Source: Gemmatimonadales bacterium
Lineage (GTDB): Bacteria > Gemmatimonadota > Gemmatimonadetes > Gemmatimonadales > GWC2-71-9
NCBI GenBank assembly: GCA_041613315.1
Contig: JBFJHJ010000009.1
Location: forward strand, 1-64,000
Direction of reading: 5' to 3'
DNA length: 64,000 bases
Under the pieces are notes generated by a model that saw only the letters and a program-made list of their open reading frames with translations, did not search any database and was not told where the DNA came from. Each line of letters opens with the position of its first letter. Within the stretch, counting starts at the first letter, position 1. Made by a program: the position numbers and the translations under genes. This document shows positions 39,429 to 49,581 of the stretch, piece by piece.

Positions 39429-41112
39429 GCTGCGGGTGCGGGACCTCGCCGTGATCGCGGACGTGACCTTGCCGCTCAAGCCGGGACTCAACGTGCTGAC
39501 CGGCGAGACCGGAGCGGGGAAGTCCATGCTGGTGGACGCCCTCTCGCTGCTCTTGGGGGACCGGGCGAGCACCGACCTGGTGCGCCCGGGGACCGCCCGC
39601 GCCGTGGTTGAGGCGGCGTTCGACGTGGCGCGCGTGCCAGGGGTGGAGGCGAAAGCCGACGAGCTGGGCATCGACCTCGAGGACGGTCGTCTGGTCGTGC
39701 GGCGCGAGATCAACGCCGAGGGCCGCAACCGCGCGTGGGCCAACGGCAGCCCCACGACGGTGGGTGCGCTCTCCACGTTGGGACAGCTGCTCGTGGACCT
39801 CCACGGACAGCACGAGACCCAATCGCTGCTCCGCACGGCCGCCCAACGGGATATCCTGGACGCCTTTGGCGACGCGGACACCGAGCGCGCGCGCGTCGCG
39901 GCCGCCTATGACGAGGCGGCACGGCTGCGCCGCGAGGAAGCCGATCTGGTCGCGAGGCGCGACGACGTTCGTCGCCGCGCGGACTACCTCCAGCACGTGG
40001 TGCAGGAGATCGATGGCGCGAAGCCCAAGCCGGGTGAGGACGAGACGCTGGAGGTCGAGGCTCGGCGGCTCTCCAACGTCGAGGAGTTGACGCGTCTCGC
40101 CGAGCGAATGGCGGACCTGCTGGAGGGGGGTGGGGATGGCGATGATGGTGGTGGGGGCGCCGTGGCGATGCTGGCGGCTGTGGCCCGGGCACTGACGCAG
40201 CTTGAGAAGATCGACGACAGTGTGGCCAAGTGGCGGGAGCTCCTCGACTCGGCATCCGCCAACGTCGAGGAGTTGGCCCTGGCCGTCCGTGAGTACACCT
40301 CGGACATCGATCTCGATCCGGACCGGCTCGCCGACGTCGAGCGTCGGCGAGACGTGCTCTACCGGCTGAGGCAGAAGTACGGCCCGACGATCGACGCGGT
40401 GCTCGGGACGGCGGAGGAGGCGCGCCACGAGCTCGACTTGCTCGACACCGCCGATCTCGATCTGGAGAAACTGAGCGCGCGTCGCGCGGCGGCGGATGCG
40501 GCGCTGATCGAGGCGGGCCGGGCGCTGAGCGCGAAGCGGGCGGGCGCGGCGAAGCGCCTAGCAAAGGAGGTGGAGACCCTGCTGCCGGGGCTCGGCATGA
40601 AGGAGGCGCGCGTCTCCGTCGCCCTGGCGCCCCTGGAGGCGGTGAGCACCACCGGCGCCGATCAGGTGACCTTCGTGGTGAAGCCCAATCCCGGGCTCGA
40701 CGCGCGTCCGCTGGCACAGGTCGCGAGCGGCGGCGAGCTCTCACGCCTGATGCTGGCGCTCAAGGTCGTCCTGGCTGCCCACGACCGGGTCCCGTCCGTC
40801 GTGTTCGACGAGGTGGACCAGGGGATCGGTGGTGAGGTGGCCCTGCAGATCGCCGAGGCGCTGTCGCACGTCGGTCAGGCACGGCAGGTCCTGGTGATCA
40901 CGCATCTGCCGCAGATCGCCGCCCGGGCCGCCCATCACCTGAGCGTGGCGAAGCGTCCACGCGGCGGGATTGCGACGGCGGATGTGCGCGTCCTGGCCGG
41001 CGAGGAACGTGTCCAGGAGCTCGCGCGCATGCTGGGCGATCCCACCGATCCCGTGGTCGTGCAACACGCCGCGGAGCTGCTGCGCAAACGAGGGGTGGCG
41101 GCGACGGCGTAA
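39418..41112 (+). CDS. recN: DNA repair protein RecN
   Basis: TGETGAGKS, DLHGQH, ASGGELSR, FDEVDQG, ITHLPQ. Confidence 0.97.
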   Translation: MLTELRVRDLAVIADVTLPLKPGLNVLTGETGAGKSMLVDALSLLLGDRASTDLVRPGTARAVVEAAFDVARVPGVEAKADELGIDLEDGRLVVRREINAEGRNRAWANGSPTTVGALSTLGQLLVDLHGQHETQSLLRTAAQRDILDAFGDADTERARVAAAYDEAARLRREEADLVARRDDVRRRADYLQHVVQEIDGAKPKPGEDETLEVEARRLSNVEELTRLAERMADLLEGGGDGDDGGGGAVAMLAAVARALTQLEKIDDSVAKWRELLDSASANVEELALAVREYTSDIDLDPDRLADVERRRDVLYRLRQKYGPTIDAVLGTAEEARHELDLLDTADLDLEKLSARRAAADAALIEAGRALSAKRAGAAKRLAKEVETLLPGLGMKEARVSVALAPLEAVSTTGADQVTFVVKPNPGLDARPLAQVASGGELSRLMLALKVVLAAHDRVPSVVFDEVDQGIGGEVALQIAEALSHVGQARQVLVITHLPQIAARAAHHLSVAKRPRGGIATADVRVLAGEERVQELARMLGDPTDPVVVQHAAELLRKRGVAATA

Positions 41113-41128
41113 CGATAACACCCGTCCC

Positions 41129-42778
41129 TCACTGTGCCGCTTGTTGTCCCCCCCCGAAGAGCCGATAGAACAGCCGCGCGTAGAAATTGAGCGTCCGCGT
41201 CTTTGGTGTGAGCCCCCCATCTCCCCGGAACGCCGCGCGGTAGTCGATCCCCGCCTCGACGGGGAGCCCGCGCCCGCCGCGTCCCGACGGCGGTCGAAAG
41301 TAGACGCCGCCGCCGAAGCTCAGCATTTGCTGCGCCGTCTCGCGCGCGAGGTCGTCGGGGTTCACGACGACCGTGGCCGGCGCGTCGGGGGCGAGGGCGA
41401 AACGGTCGGATGCTCGGCGGACGTAGTGCCCGGAGAAATAGGCGGTGAACGAGGGGCTCAGCCGGAGGGCCGGAAAGACGCTCAGCTGCATGATGTCGCC
41501 GAGGTTCCGCTCCACGAGGAGTTCGGTTGACGCGGGCGCGATGGGCTGCTCCGGCGCCGTCACGCGGCGGACCAAGCGGTCCGGCAGTTGCAGGGTATAC
41601 GACCCGGCAATCCCGAGGGAGACGACGCTGCCGGGGTCCCAGGCCATCTCGAGACCGAACTCCACGTCCGTCTGCCGGTCGCCACTGCCCAGATCGGTGA
41701 AGTGGTGGGGACGGTCCCGGGTGCCGGTCGGCAAGCGCACGGTGCCCCGAACGACCGTGCGGAACGTGCGACCGCGTGCGAACCCGGCCCGAAGCCCGAC
41801 CTCCATGTCCCCCAGCCGCTGCGTCAGCTTGGCGAAGGCGATCGGCAATGCGTCGTAACCGAACTCCGCCGCCCCGAGCACGCCGTCGATGGTCGAGAGG
41901 GCGGGCCGCCCCCCGGGGAGGGGGAGCGTCGCCGTGAGCGCGCTCGCGCCGAAGTTCTGGAGATCGGTGGAGACCGATTGGATCGCGCCGAGAATCGCCA
42001 GTCCGGCGGTCGACGTCGCCAGTGGGGCGAACGGCGGCAGCGGAAACGCCGCCGCTCCGGAAGACGGAACGCCGGTCAGCGCGATGAGGTCGCTCCGGAT
42101 GCCTCGCGCGCGCGCGACGAGAGCGCGCGCTTGGTCGCACATGGAGCTCGAGGGGCAGCCGAACGCTCCCGCGGCGATCTGCGCCTCGACCGAGGCGGCG
42201 CCGGCTTCCAGCTGCCCCAGCAACAGCTGGATCTGCGCGATCGCCGCGGCATTGCCGGCGAGCGCCGCCGCTTGATTCAATCCGATGTTCGCGGTCGCGG
42301 AATCCACCTGGAGGTCGGCCTGCATGCGGGTCGTCACGATCGGCACCGACACCTGAAAGGTGAGCCAGTCGGCCAGCCCGACGGAGACGTTGAACGGGAA
42401 GTGCCGGATGTCGGCGTCGAGCGTCGTGCGGAAGCGGCCGGCGCTCATCGTGTAGGAGGCATCGGCGATCATCGAGCGCACGGCGAGCTCGGCCGCGGCC
42501 GCGGTGGGAAAGAGGCGCACACCGGCCGAGTCGGCGGAGAGGTCGGTCCCGATCGCCTCGCTCGTCCCGTCGGAAGCAAACCGCTCGTTAAACGACTGAT
42601 AGCGCGGCTCGAAGCTCAGCCGCAGGGCGCCGCGCGGCACCAACCGGGCGTCAACGTACGGCGGCGCGATCTGCGCGCTCGCCGTTGCGGCGGCTGCGGC
42701 GGCCAGGAGGGTGAGGACTGCTGCGGCCCGCCGAACGGGGCTCCGCGCCGACGAGCGGAAACGCGAACGACGGCGCAT
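41129..42778 (-). CDS. Hypothetical exported protein, probable outer-membrane beta-barrel
   Basis: Signal peptide (..ATASA|Q), amphipathic beta-strands, RLPTG and DLGSGD motifs, aromatic-rich C-terminus. Confidence 0.6.
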   Translation of the reverse strand: MRRRSRFRSSARSPVRRAAAVLTLLAAAAAATASAQIAPPYVDARLVPRGALRLSFEPRYQSFNERFASDGTSEAIGTDLSADSAGVRLFPTAAAAELAVRSMIADASYTMSAGRFRTTLDADIRHFPFNVSVGLADWLTFQVSVPIVTTRMQADLQVDSATANIGLNQAAALAGNAAAIAQIQLLLGQLEAGAASVEAQIAAGAFGCPSSSMCDQARALVARARGIRSDLIALTGVPSSGAAAFPLPPFAPLATSTAGLAILGAIQSVSTDLQNFGASALTATLPLPGGRPALSTIDGVLGAAEFGYDALPIAFAKLTQRLGDMEVGLRAGFARGRTFRTVVRGTVRLPTGTRDRPHHFTDLGSGDRQTDVEFGLEMAWDPGSVVSLGIAGSYTLQLPDRLVRRVTAPEQPIAPASTELLVERNLGDIMQLSVFPALRLSPSFTAYFSGHYVRRASDRFALAPDAPATVVVNPDDLARETAQQMLSFGGGVYFRPPSGRGGRGLPVEAGIDYRAAFRGDGGLTPKTRTLNFYARLFYRLFGGGQQAAQ

Positions 42779-42836
42779 GGGGATCGTTCCCGCCGCGTCC
42801 GCCCTGACCGTCCGTTCCGTGCTTACCGCCCCTCCG

Positions 42837-44057
42837 TCACCGCCGCACCCGCTGGAGGGTCAAGCCGTACTCCGCGTTGATCGCGTCGATGACGTGGTCC
42901 GCGACCAGTTGGTGCGTCGCGGCGCTGGGGTGGAACCCGTCCCGGCTGAAGAAGGTCCCGAACGGCGCCGTGACGCTGAGCGACGACGGTGGGACGTTCG
43001 GGAACAACGGGATTTGGCCGGCCTGCCGGAGCGAATCGAGGACCGGGTTGGGATCCAGATACGCCCAACCGTTGTCGGCGGCGGCGGCGGCGATCGTCTG
43101 GTTGTACGACGCGACCGCTCCACCGATCGTGAGCAGCTCGGCGCCCGTCAGGACGGGCGCGTCGTTCACGCAATCAAGCGTGACCGCCGCGCCGCCCGCC
43201 GCGGCCGCGAAGAGCACGCCGAAGCCGTAGCCGAAGGGCACGAGCGTCGTCTCCCCCACGCCGCCGAAGGCCGCGGGCGCGCAGTTGTTGCTCACCGCGA
43301 ACGTCGGCGGCCACCCGGGCGCCATGGACGCCTGCCAGTAGGCGGCTCCGGGGGAGAGGTGGGGAATACTGGTCACGTTGCCGACCCCGATCAGCACGGC
43401 GCCCTGGAGCGGCAGGGCCGCGAGCGCGTCGACCATCGCGTCATACCGGGTGGCGAAGACGTCGGTCGGCGTGACCAGGCCCACGTTACCGCTCAGCGCG
43501 GCTCCGAGGACGTCGTTGTTGCCGATCCATACCGTTGCGAACGTCGGGTCAACGGCCGCCGCGGCCTCGAGTTGCGTGCGGCCGCCCAGGAAGAACGTCG
43601 TTAAGGCATTGGCGCCGCTCGCAGGATCCAAGTTGTTCAGCACGTCGATCACGGCGGCGCCCGGTACGGCGACGTTATTGAGAAACGTGGGCACGGGCGC
43701 CTTGCGGAGGGCGCAAGGCGGGGCGGCGGCACCGCCCACGCGCTCCAGTGTGAAGATGTTCACGATCGGTGGCGGGCATCCGGGTGCGCTCAACAGCGGG
43801 ACGTTGAACTCCGATCCGAGGCTCAGGCCGAAGGCGCCGGCCAGGAACACCGGGTAGGCCTGAAGCTGTGTGCTGTCGTTGATCCCGCCGGACTGGAACC
43901 CGGCCGTGATGCTGTTGCCGATCGCGACGTAGCGGACGAACATGTCGTTCGTGGCGGTGGGCGGCGTGAGCTCGTCGTTGCTGCACGCCCCGAGCAGTGG
44001 GATGGCGGCGGCGAGGCACAGGAGAAGCGCTCGGCTCCGTATCGGGCGACGCGTCAT
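42837..44057 (-). CDS. SGNH/GDSL lipase-like lipoprotein
   Basis: Lipobox LLGAC; GNSITAG, NVAVPG, IGNND, DGFHP; RBS GAGGA before ATG 44057. Confidence 0.88.
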   Translation of the reverse strand: MTRRPIRSRALLLCLAAAIPLLGACSNDELTPPTATNDMFVRYVAIGNSITAGFQSGGINDSTQLQAYPVFLAGAFGLSLGSEFNVPLLSAPGCPPPIVNIFTLERVGGAAAPPCALRKAPVPTFLNNVAVPGAAVIDVLNNLDPASGANALTTFFLGGRTQLEAAAAVDPTFATVWIGNNDVLGAALSGNVGLVTPTDVFATRYDAMVDALAALPLQGAVLIGVGNVTSIPHLSPGAAYWQASMAPGWPPTFAVSNNCAPAAFGGVGETTLVPFGYGFGVLFAAAAGGAAVTLDCVNDAPVLTGAELLTIGGAVASYNQTIAAAAADNGWAYLDPNPVLDSLRQAGQIPLFPNVPPSSLSVTAPFGTFFSRDGFHPSAATHQLVADHVIDAINAEYGLTLQRVRR

Positions 44058-44092
44058 GGCGCGATCCTCAATCGGTCGGTTCGTCGTGCGCA

Positions 44093-45484
44093 TTAGAAGT
44101 GCACGGTGAGCGTGGCGCCCACGAGGTTGGCGTTGAACGAGTAGAGACCGCTGTTGAGGGCCGTCGTCGGCAACTGGCCCGGGAGCGGGTCCCGGACCCG
44201 CCCGCGGCGCTTGTCCTGCCGGATGTATTGATACGCCACGTCGATCGAGAACCGGGGGCTCACGGCGAGGCCGACGCCGCCGGTGAACTCGTTGCGCGCC
44301 GACTCGGGCAGCAGCGGCGTGACCGTCTGGTCCGGCGCCGCCGCCTGATGGTAGAGGTACCCCCCGCGCAACGTCCACCGGTCGTCCGCCGCCCAATCGA
44401 ACCCGACTCGGAACCCCCATGTGTCCTCGTAGTCTTCCCGGATGACCCGGTCCGGTGTCAGTTGATTGGCGAAGTCGATCGTGATCGCTTCGAACACGGA
44501 CCAGTTCATCCACTGCGCGTCGGCCAGGAGCATGAGCGCCGGCGTCGCGTTGACCGCGATCCCCACCTGGAGCTGATCCGGCATCGTGATGCTGGTCGTG
44601 GCGGTGCCGTTTGCGAGCGCGGTGAAGACGCCCGCGCCCTGGAGCACCTGGTCGAGCGTCGTGCCGGCCGGAGCCCCGAACGGGTTGCCGGCCGGTAACA
44701 CGATGCCGGTGGCCACCGCCGCAAACGTGGCGTCGCCCTCATAGTCCAGCGTGACGCGGGTGAGGTAGCGGGCTCCGAGGCTGAAGCGCTCGTTGGGCGT
44801 GAGCAGCACGCCGAAGTGTCCCCCGAAGCCCGTCGCGCCCGTGGCCTTGAGCCGGGCGTTCGCGAAGTCGGTATGGAACGGGATGCCCAGCTGGCCGAGC
44901 GTCGTCCCAAGTGGTGCCGGGGGTGGCGCCGGGAGCTCCCACGCGTCCAGCCGCTGGTTCAACTCGACCGACCCGATCACGATGTCGAAGCCCGCGCCCA
45001 CGGCGATCTTGGGATGTGGCTTCCACGACAGGGTCGGCTGGATGTAGAACGACTGCAGGTCGTTGTCATAGCCGCTGAAGCGCCCCTCGAACGTGGTCGG
45101 CCACCGGGTGCCGAGGCCGTAGGGCACGAAGAGGCCGACGCCCGCCGCCCATTGCGCGTTGATCCCATAAGTCGCGTACACGTGGGGGACGGGAATGAGG
45201 CTGTTGGTGAGGTCGGTGGTCTGACCCGTCAGATCGTCCGTGAAGTCGCCGAAGGCGTCGATCACAGTCAGGCCGGCGCTCACGGTCCAGCCCCCCATGC
45301 CCGCCAGGCCGGCGGGGTTGTACAGCACGGCCGAGCCGTCAGGGCACGGCGCGGCGGTCCCGGTGCCGGCGCGGCCCATCTGGCAGGTGCCGTGCTCGTT
45401 GACGGCAAAGCCCTGCGCGGCGATCGGGGGTGACGTGACGAAGAGCGCCGCGCTGGCGAGGCCCGCGCACAACGGAAGTCGCAT
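44093..45484 (-). CDS. OmpP1/FadL family outer-membrane transporter
   Basis: Signal peptide, MGRAG...YNPAG hatch motif, PYGLGT.W, terminal F. Confidence 0.9.
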   Translation of the reverse strand: MRLPLCAGLASAALFVTSPPIAAQGFAVNEHGTCQMGRAGTGTAAPCPDGSAVLYNPAGLAGMGGWTVSAGLTVIDAFGDFTDDLTGQTTDLTNSLIPVPHVYATYGINAQWAAGVGLFVPYGLGTRWPTTFEGRFSGYDNDLQSFYIQPTLSWKPHPKIAVGAGFDIVIGSVELNQRLDAWELPAPPPAPLGTTLGQLGIPFHTDFANARLKATGATGFGGHFGVLLTPNERFSLGARYLTRVTLDYEGDATFAAVATGIVLPAGNPFGAPAGTTLDQVLQGAGVFTALANGTATTSITMPDQLQVGIAVNATPALMLLADAQWMNWSVFEAITIDFANQLTPDRVIREDYEDTWGFRVGFDWAADDRWTLRGGYLYHQAAAPDQTVTPLLPESARNEFTGGVGLAVSPRFSIDVAYQYIRQDKRRGRVRDPLPGQLPTTALNSGLYSFNANLVGATLTVHF

Positions 45485-45518
45485 GTGATGCTCCGAGCGG
45501 TTGAGGTGCACGTGAGCG

Positions 45519-45548
45519 AGGTTAATCGAAAAGGGGGCGGAAAGTCAA
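45519..45548 (-). promoter_or_regulatory. Putative sigma70 promoter of the fadL module
   Basis: TTGACT-N18-TAACCT on the minus strand. Confidence 0.5.
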
Positions 45549-45559
45549 CGAAACCGGGC

Positions 45560-47344
45560 TCATTCCTGGAGCAGCGCGCGATCGTAGGCTGCGAAGATCT
45601 CCGGCCGGCCGATCAGCCCGATCAGCCGCCCGGCATCGCGCGGATCCACCACCGGAATGTGGTGGCTGCCCCGCATGGCTAGGCGCTGCAGGGCCGTGCG
45701 GAGGGAGTCGTCCGGGGTGACGGTCTCGTACTGCTGGCTGGCCAGGTCCCCCGCCACGACCACGGGTCCCAACCGGTCGGCATCGGTCAGCACGGTCCGC
45801 AAGTCGGCGTAGGTCAACATCCCGACCAGCTTGAGCTCGGCGTTCAACACGGGGAATTCAGTCTGGGGGCTCGTGCCGATCGCCTGGACGATCTGTCTCA
45901 CCGTGGCGCCCTCGCCGATCACGTGGGGATCCTTGTTGAAGGACCCCCCGACCCGGAGTCGCTCCAGGATCGCCGTGTCCCGGCCCAGGTGAATCGTCTC
46001 GCCCCGGCGCACCAGCCATTCGGAGTAGATGGAGTGGGGGTGGATCCGCCGGGCCGTGAGGTAGGCGATCGCGCCGCACAGCATCAGCGGCAAGATGAGG
46101 GCGTAATCGCCGGTCATCTCGAAGACGATCATGATCGCCGTGAGCGGAGCGTGTGTCGCCCCCGCCACGAGTCCCGCCATCCCGACCAGCGCGAACGCCT
46201 CGGGGACGATGGCGAACCCCGGCAACACCGGGGCGGCCAGTGCGGCGACGCCACCCCCCAGCGTGGCGCCGACGAACAGGGCTGGCGTGAAGACACCGCC
46301 CGCCCGGGTCACCGCGAGCGTCGTGGCGGCGGCGATCATCTTGGCGAAGGCGAGCCCCAGGAGAAACGTGCCGCTGCGCGCCCCGATCAGGTCGATCGAC
46401 AGGCTCTCGTGGCCGCGGCCCCAGAGGTCCGCCTTGAACACCACGTCCAGCACGCCCACGATGACGGCCCCCACCACGACGGCCCACACGCCGCCCAGAC
46501 GCTTCAGCGCGTCCTGCACGCGGTAGAAGCTCTTCGTATAGATCACGGCCGCGATCCCGCACACGATCCCCAGGATCGCATAGAACACGAACTCGCTGGG
46601 CGGACCGACGCCGTACTCCGTCGGAATGGCGATGACGGGGGTGTCACCGAATGCACCGCGGGAGATCACGGCGGCGATAACGCTTGCGATGAGGATCGGC
46701 GGGAAGGCGCTCGCGCCAAACGTCCCGATCACCTTCTCGAGCGAGAAAAAGACGCCGGCGATGGGGGCGTTGAACGCCGCGGAGATCCCCGCCGCCGCGC
46801 CGCAGGCCACGAGCAGCCGCAGCCGCTCGGGGCCCGAGCGGAAGAACCGGCCGATCCTCGAGCCCAACGCCGAGCCGGCGACCGCCACCGGGCCTTCCGC
46901 GCCGACCGAGCCGCCGGCACCGATGGCGATGGCCGCGCTCGCGGTCTTGATCGCGACGTGCCAAGCGTTGATCACGCCGCCACGCTTGGCCACGGCCAGC
47001 ATGACGTCCGGGATGTTGTCGCCGTCGGAGTCGCCCGTGCCATGCATGACGAGCAGCCGGGTGAGGGCGAGGCCCGCCAGCACCACGAGGATGATCGCGA
47101 CGCTGCCGAACCCGGTGAAGCGACCGGCGGTCGTGAGGGCCAGCTTCTGGGCCACGTCGATCAGCCGGTAGAACACGATCACGGTGAGGCCCACCGCTAC
47201 ACCGATGACCAGGGCGAACCCTAGGAGGAGCGTGTTCTCGTCGATGCCGAGGCGCGGGAGGCGGCCGACGAAGCCGTCAGCGAAGTCGCTGACGCGGGCG
47301 CTGACGGCACGCTGCCAGGCGCGCAGGCGGGAAAGTTCGGGCAT
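45560..47344 (-). CDS. ClC family anion channel/transporter with CBS pair
   Basis: GAEGP, AAFNAPIAG, GVFTP, APLTAIMIVFEMTG, C-terminal CBS; start could be 47386. Confidence 0.93.
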   Translation of the reverse strand: MPELSRLRAWQRAVSARVSDFADGFVGRLPRLGIDENTLLLGFALVIGVAVGLTVIVFYRLIDVAQKLALTTAGRFTGFGSVAIILVVLAGLALTRLLVMHGTGDSDGDNIPDVMLAVAKRGGVINAWHVAIKTASAAIAIGAGGSVGAEGPVAVAGSALGSRIGRFFRSGPERLRLLVACGAAAGISAAFNAPIAGVFFSLEKVIGTFGASAFPPILIASVIAAVISRGAFGDTPVIAIPTEYGVGPPSEFVFYAILGIVCGIAAVIYTKSFYRVQDALKRLGGVWAVVVGAVIVGVLDVVFKADLWGRGHESLSIDLIGARSGTFLLGLAFAKMIAAATTLAVTRAGGVFTPALFVGATLGGGVAALAAPVLPGFAIVPEAFALVGMAGLVAGATHAPLTAIMIVFEMTGDYALILPLMLCGAIAYLTARRIHPHSIYSEWLVRRGETIHLGRDTAILERLRVGGSFNKDPHVIGEGATVRQIVQAIGTSPQTEFPVLNAELKLVGMLTYADLRTVLTDADRLGPVVVAGDLASQQYETVTPDDSLRTALQRLAMRGSHHIPVVDPRDAGRLIGLIGRPEIFAAYDRALLQE

Positions 47345-47477
47345 CGTCGCAGCAGAAGATACGCGCTGGCGCAAAGGAGTGTCCACGTCCGATCCCCGGC
47401 GGCGACTTCCCCCCGCGGCGGAGCCTGGCCATCTTCCGGGTCCACGACCGACCGATTACGAAACCACGGAGGACTTC

Positions 47478-48125
47478 ATGCGTCTTGGCATCGTCGCGAT
47501 CGCCGCCCTGGTCTTGAGCGCTCCGGGCGCCGCGCAGGAGCAACCGAAGCTCGAGCGGCCCGCCGACTGGAAGGTCCGGTTCGACCGGGCCGGCTCGCCC
47601 GACTCGGCCCTCTACTTCGTCACGATGCCCCCCGGGTGGCACGTGACCACCGGCCCGGCGGCGATCCTGTACAACCCGGCCACCAGCGCCTCTGGCCAGT
47701 ACCGGATCGAAACCACGATCTTCCTGTTCGATCCGGGCCGTCGGCATCGGGAGGCGTACGGGATCTTCTTCGGCGGCCGCCACCTCGAGGGCGACGAGCA
47801 GGCCTACACCTACTTCCTGATCCGGGACACGGCCGAGTTCCTCGTGAAGCGGCGGACGGGCGCGACCACGGCCGACGTGCTCCCCTGGACGGCGACGAGC
47901 GCCATCGTGAAGCATGCCGGAGGGAGCGAGAACGCCAAGAACGTGCTCGCCGTGGAGTGCGGCCCGCGGACGGTGGATTTCTACGTGAACGGCGAGAAGG
48001 TGGCGAGCGTGCCACGCGCGGACGTGGACACCAACGGGATCGTTGGCCTTCGGGTGAACCACAGCCTGAACCTGCACGTGAGCGAACTCAAGGTCGAGAA
48101 GAAGTCCGGAGCCGGCGGCCGCTAA
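47478..48125 (+). CDS. Hypothetical secreted beta-sandwich protein (DUF1080/ConA-like)
   Basis: GGAGG RBS, signal peptide, FYVNGEKV...GIVGL strand pattern. Confidence 0.7.
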   Translation: MRLGIVAIAALVLSAPGAAQEQPKLERPADWKVRFDRAGSPDSALYFVTMPPGWHVTTGPAAILYNPATSASGQYRIETTIFLFDPGRRHREAYGIFFGGRHLEGDEQAYTYFLIRDTAEFLVKRRTGATTADVLPWTATSAIVKHAGGSENAKNVLAVECGPRTVDFYVNGEKVASVPRADVDTNGIVGLRVNHSLNLHVSELKVEKKSGAGGR

Positions 48126-48207
48126 GGCGGAACCGATCACGCGCGCGAGCCGCGGCTCCCGGCGGGACGGGTGCTGCGGCTCCGCGCATGTTCGGGCCGC
48201 GACCGGA

Positions 48208-49203
48208 GTGATGGTGCCACCGCCGTTCCGCGGTCTCATCATCGTGCTGGCGCTCGTGACCGGCATCCTCGTGCTGGTGGGCGCGTGGCACCTGCTCGCG
48301 GAGGCGCGGGGGGAGCGGACGCGGGGCGGAGGACGACGGGACGGCTCGAGCCATGCCGCGACGCTGCTGGAGCGCACCGGCTGGGTGCCCGCGCGGCTGG
48401 CCGAAAGCTCCGGGATCGCGGTGAGCCAGGCCCATCCCGGCGTGCTCTGGTCGCACAACGACGCGGGCGATGAGCCCGTGATCTACGCGATCGACCTGAC
48501 GGGGCGGCCGTTGGCGCGCTTCCGCGTGCGGGGCGCGGTGGCGGTGGACTGGGAAGATCTGGCGCGAGGCCCGTGTCCGGGCGCCGCGAGCGGCGATGGG
48601 GACTGTCTGTACATCGGCGACATCGGAGACAACGAGGCGCGGCGCCGTGCCGTGACGCTCTACGTGGTGCCGGAGCCGGACGCGGCGTCGGTGTCGGCCA
48701 GCGGCGCGAGCGAGGCGGTTGCGATCCGCGCGGTCACCTTCCGCTATCCGGACGGGGCGCACGACGCGGAAGCCCTGGCGGTCACGCCCGAGGGCGCCGT
48801 CCTCATCGTCACCAAGGGGCGCACCGGCCCGATCCAACTCTTCGAGATCGGACGCGAGGCGATCGCGCGGCCGACCGGGAGGACCGACACGGTGACGGCG
48901 CAGTTCCGCGGCACGCTGCCCATCCAACCGGACGCCCGCATCGGACGTTACGTGACGGGGGCGGCGTTTTCGCCCTCGGGGGCGACGCTCGCCGTGCGGA
49001 CCTACACGGAGCTGTTCTTCTTTACGCGCGCTACGGACGGTCGCTACGGACCGGTCGGGTCGCCATGCTTCCTGGGGACGGCGCGGGGGCTGGCCGAGCC
49101 CCAGGGTGAGGCCGTGGACTATCTCGACGACGAAACGCTGGTGATCACGAGCGAGGCGGGACGCGGCGTGCCGGGCCCGATCCATCGGGTGCGTTGCGGG
49201 TGA
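48208..49203 (+). CDS. Hypothetical membrane-anchored beta-propeller (phytase/esterase-like)
   Basis: N-terminal TM; ESSG, HND.G, DWED, IGDIGDN, DAEA and QGEA acidic motifs. Confidence 0.7.
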   Translation: MMVPPPFRGLIIVLALVTGILVLVGAWHLLAEARGERTRGGGRRDGSSHAATLLERTGWVPARLAESSGIAVSQAHPGVLWSHNDAGDEPVIYAIDLTGRPLARFRVRGAVAVDWEDLARGPCPGAASGDGDCLYIGDIGDNEARRRAVTLYVVPEPDAASVSASGASEAVAIRAVTFRYPDGAHDAEALAVTPEGAVLIVTKGRTGPIQLFEIGREAIARPTGRTDTVTAQFRGTLPIQPDARIGRYVTGAAFSPSGATLAVRTYTELFFFTRATDGRYGPVGSPCFLGTARGLAEPQGEAVDYLDDETLVITSEAGRGVPGPIHRVRCG

Positions 49204-49434
49204 TCGGCGAGGCGTCGGGGTCAGCGGCTTGCGGGATGCGCTCGGGCTTGGGTGGCGGCCGGCGATGCCCGTTCCAGCGTGCACCGGCGGCGTCAAGGGT
49301 CCGTCGAGGGAGCGCGGGCACCCCGAGCTTGCTGTGGAAGTCTGGGCGCTGTCTTGTTGAGGGTTGGAAAGCACCATGACGGCGTGGCGACCGCGGCGCG
49401 CGTGGCGCGGTCGGCACCCGATGTGGCGACAACG

Positions 49435-49518
49435 GCCCGGGTGGCGGAATGGGCAGACGCAAGGGACTTAAAATCCCTGGGGGGCAACCCCGTGCGGGTT
49501 CGACTCCCGCCCCGGGCA
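49435..49518 (+). tRNA. tRNA-Leu (anticodon TAA), CCA not encoded
   Basis: Acceptor GCCCGGG/CCCGGGC, anticodon arm AGGGA-CTTAAAA-TCCCT, long variable arm, GGTTCGACTCC T-loop. Confidence 0.96.
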
Positions 49519-49538
49519 CTGGGCGATTGGCCTCGCGG

Positions 49539-49569
49539 CCGGGGGCGCAGTCGGTAGTTGCGCCCCCGG
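49539..49569. terminator. GC hairpin between convergent tRNA and PD40 gene
   Basis: CCGGGGGCGCA / TGCGCCCCCGG stem; no clear U tract. Confidence 0.5.
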
Positions 49570-49581
49570 GTTGCGTTCGGC

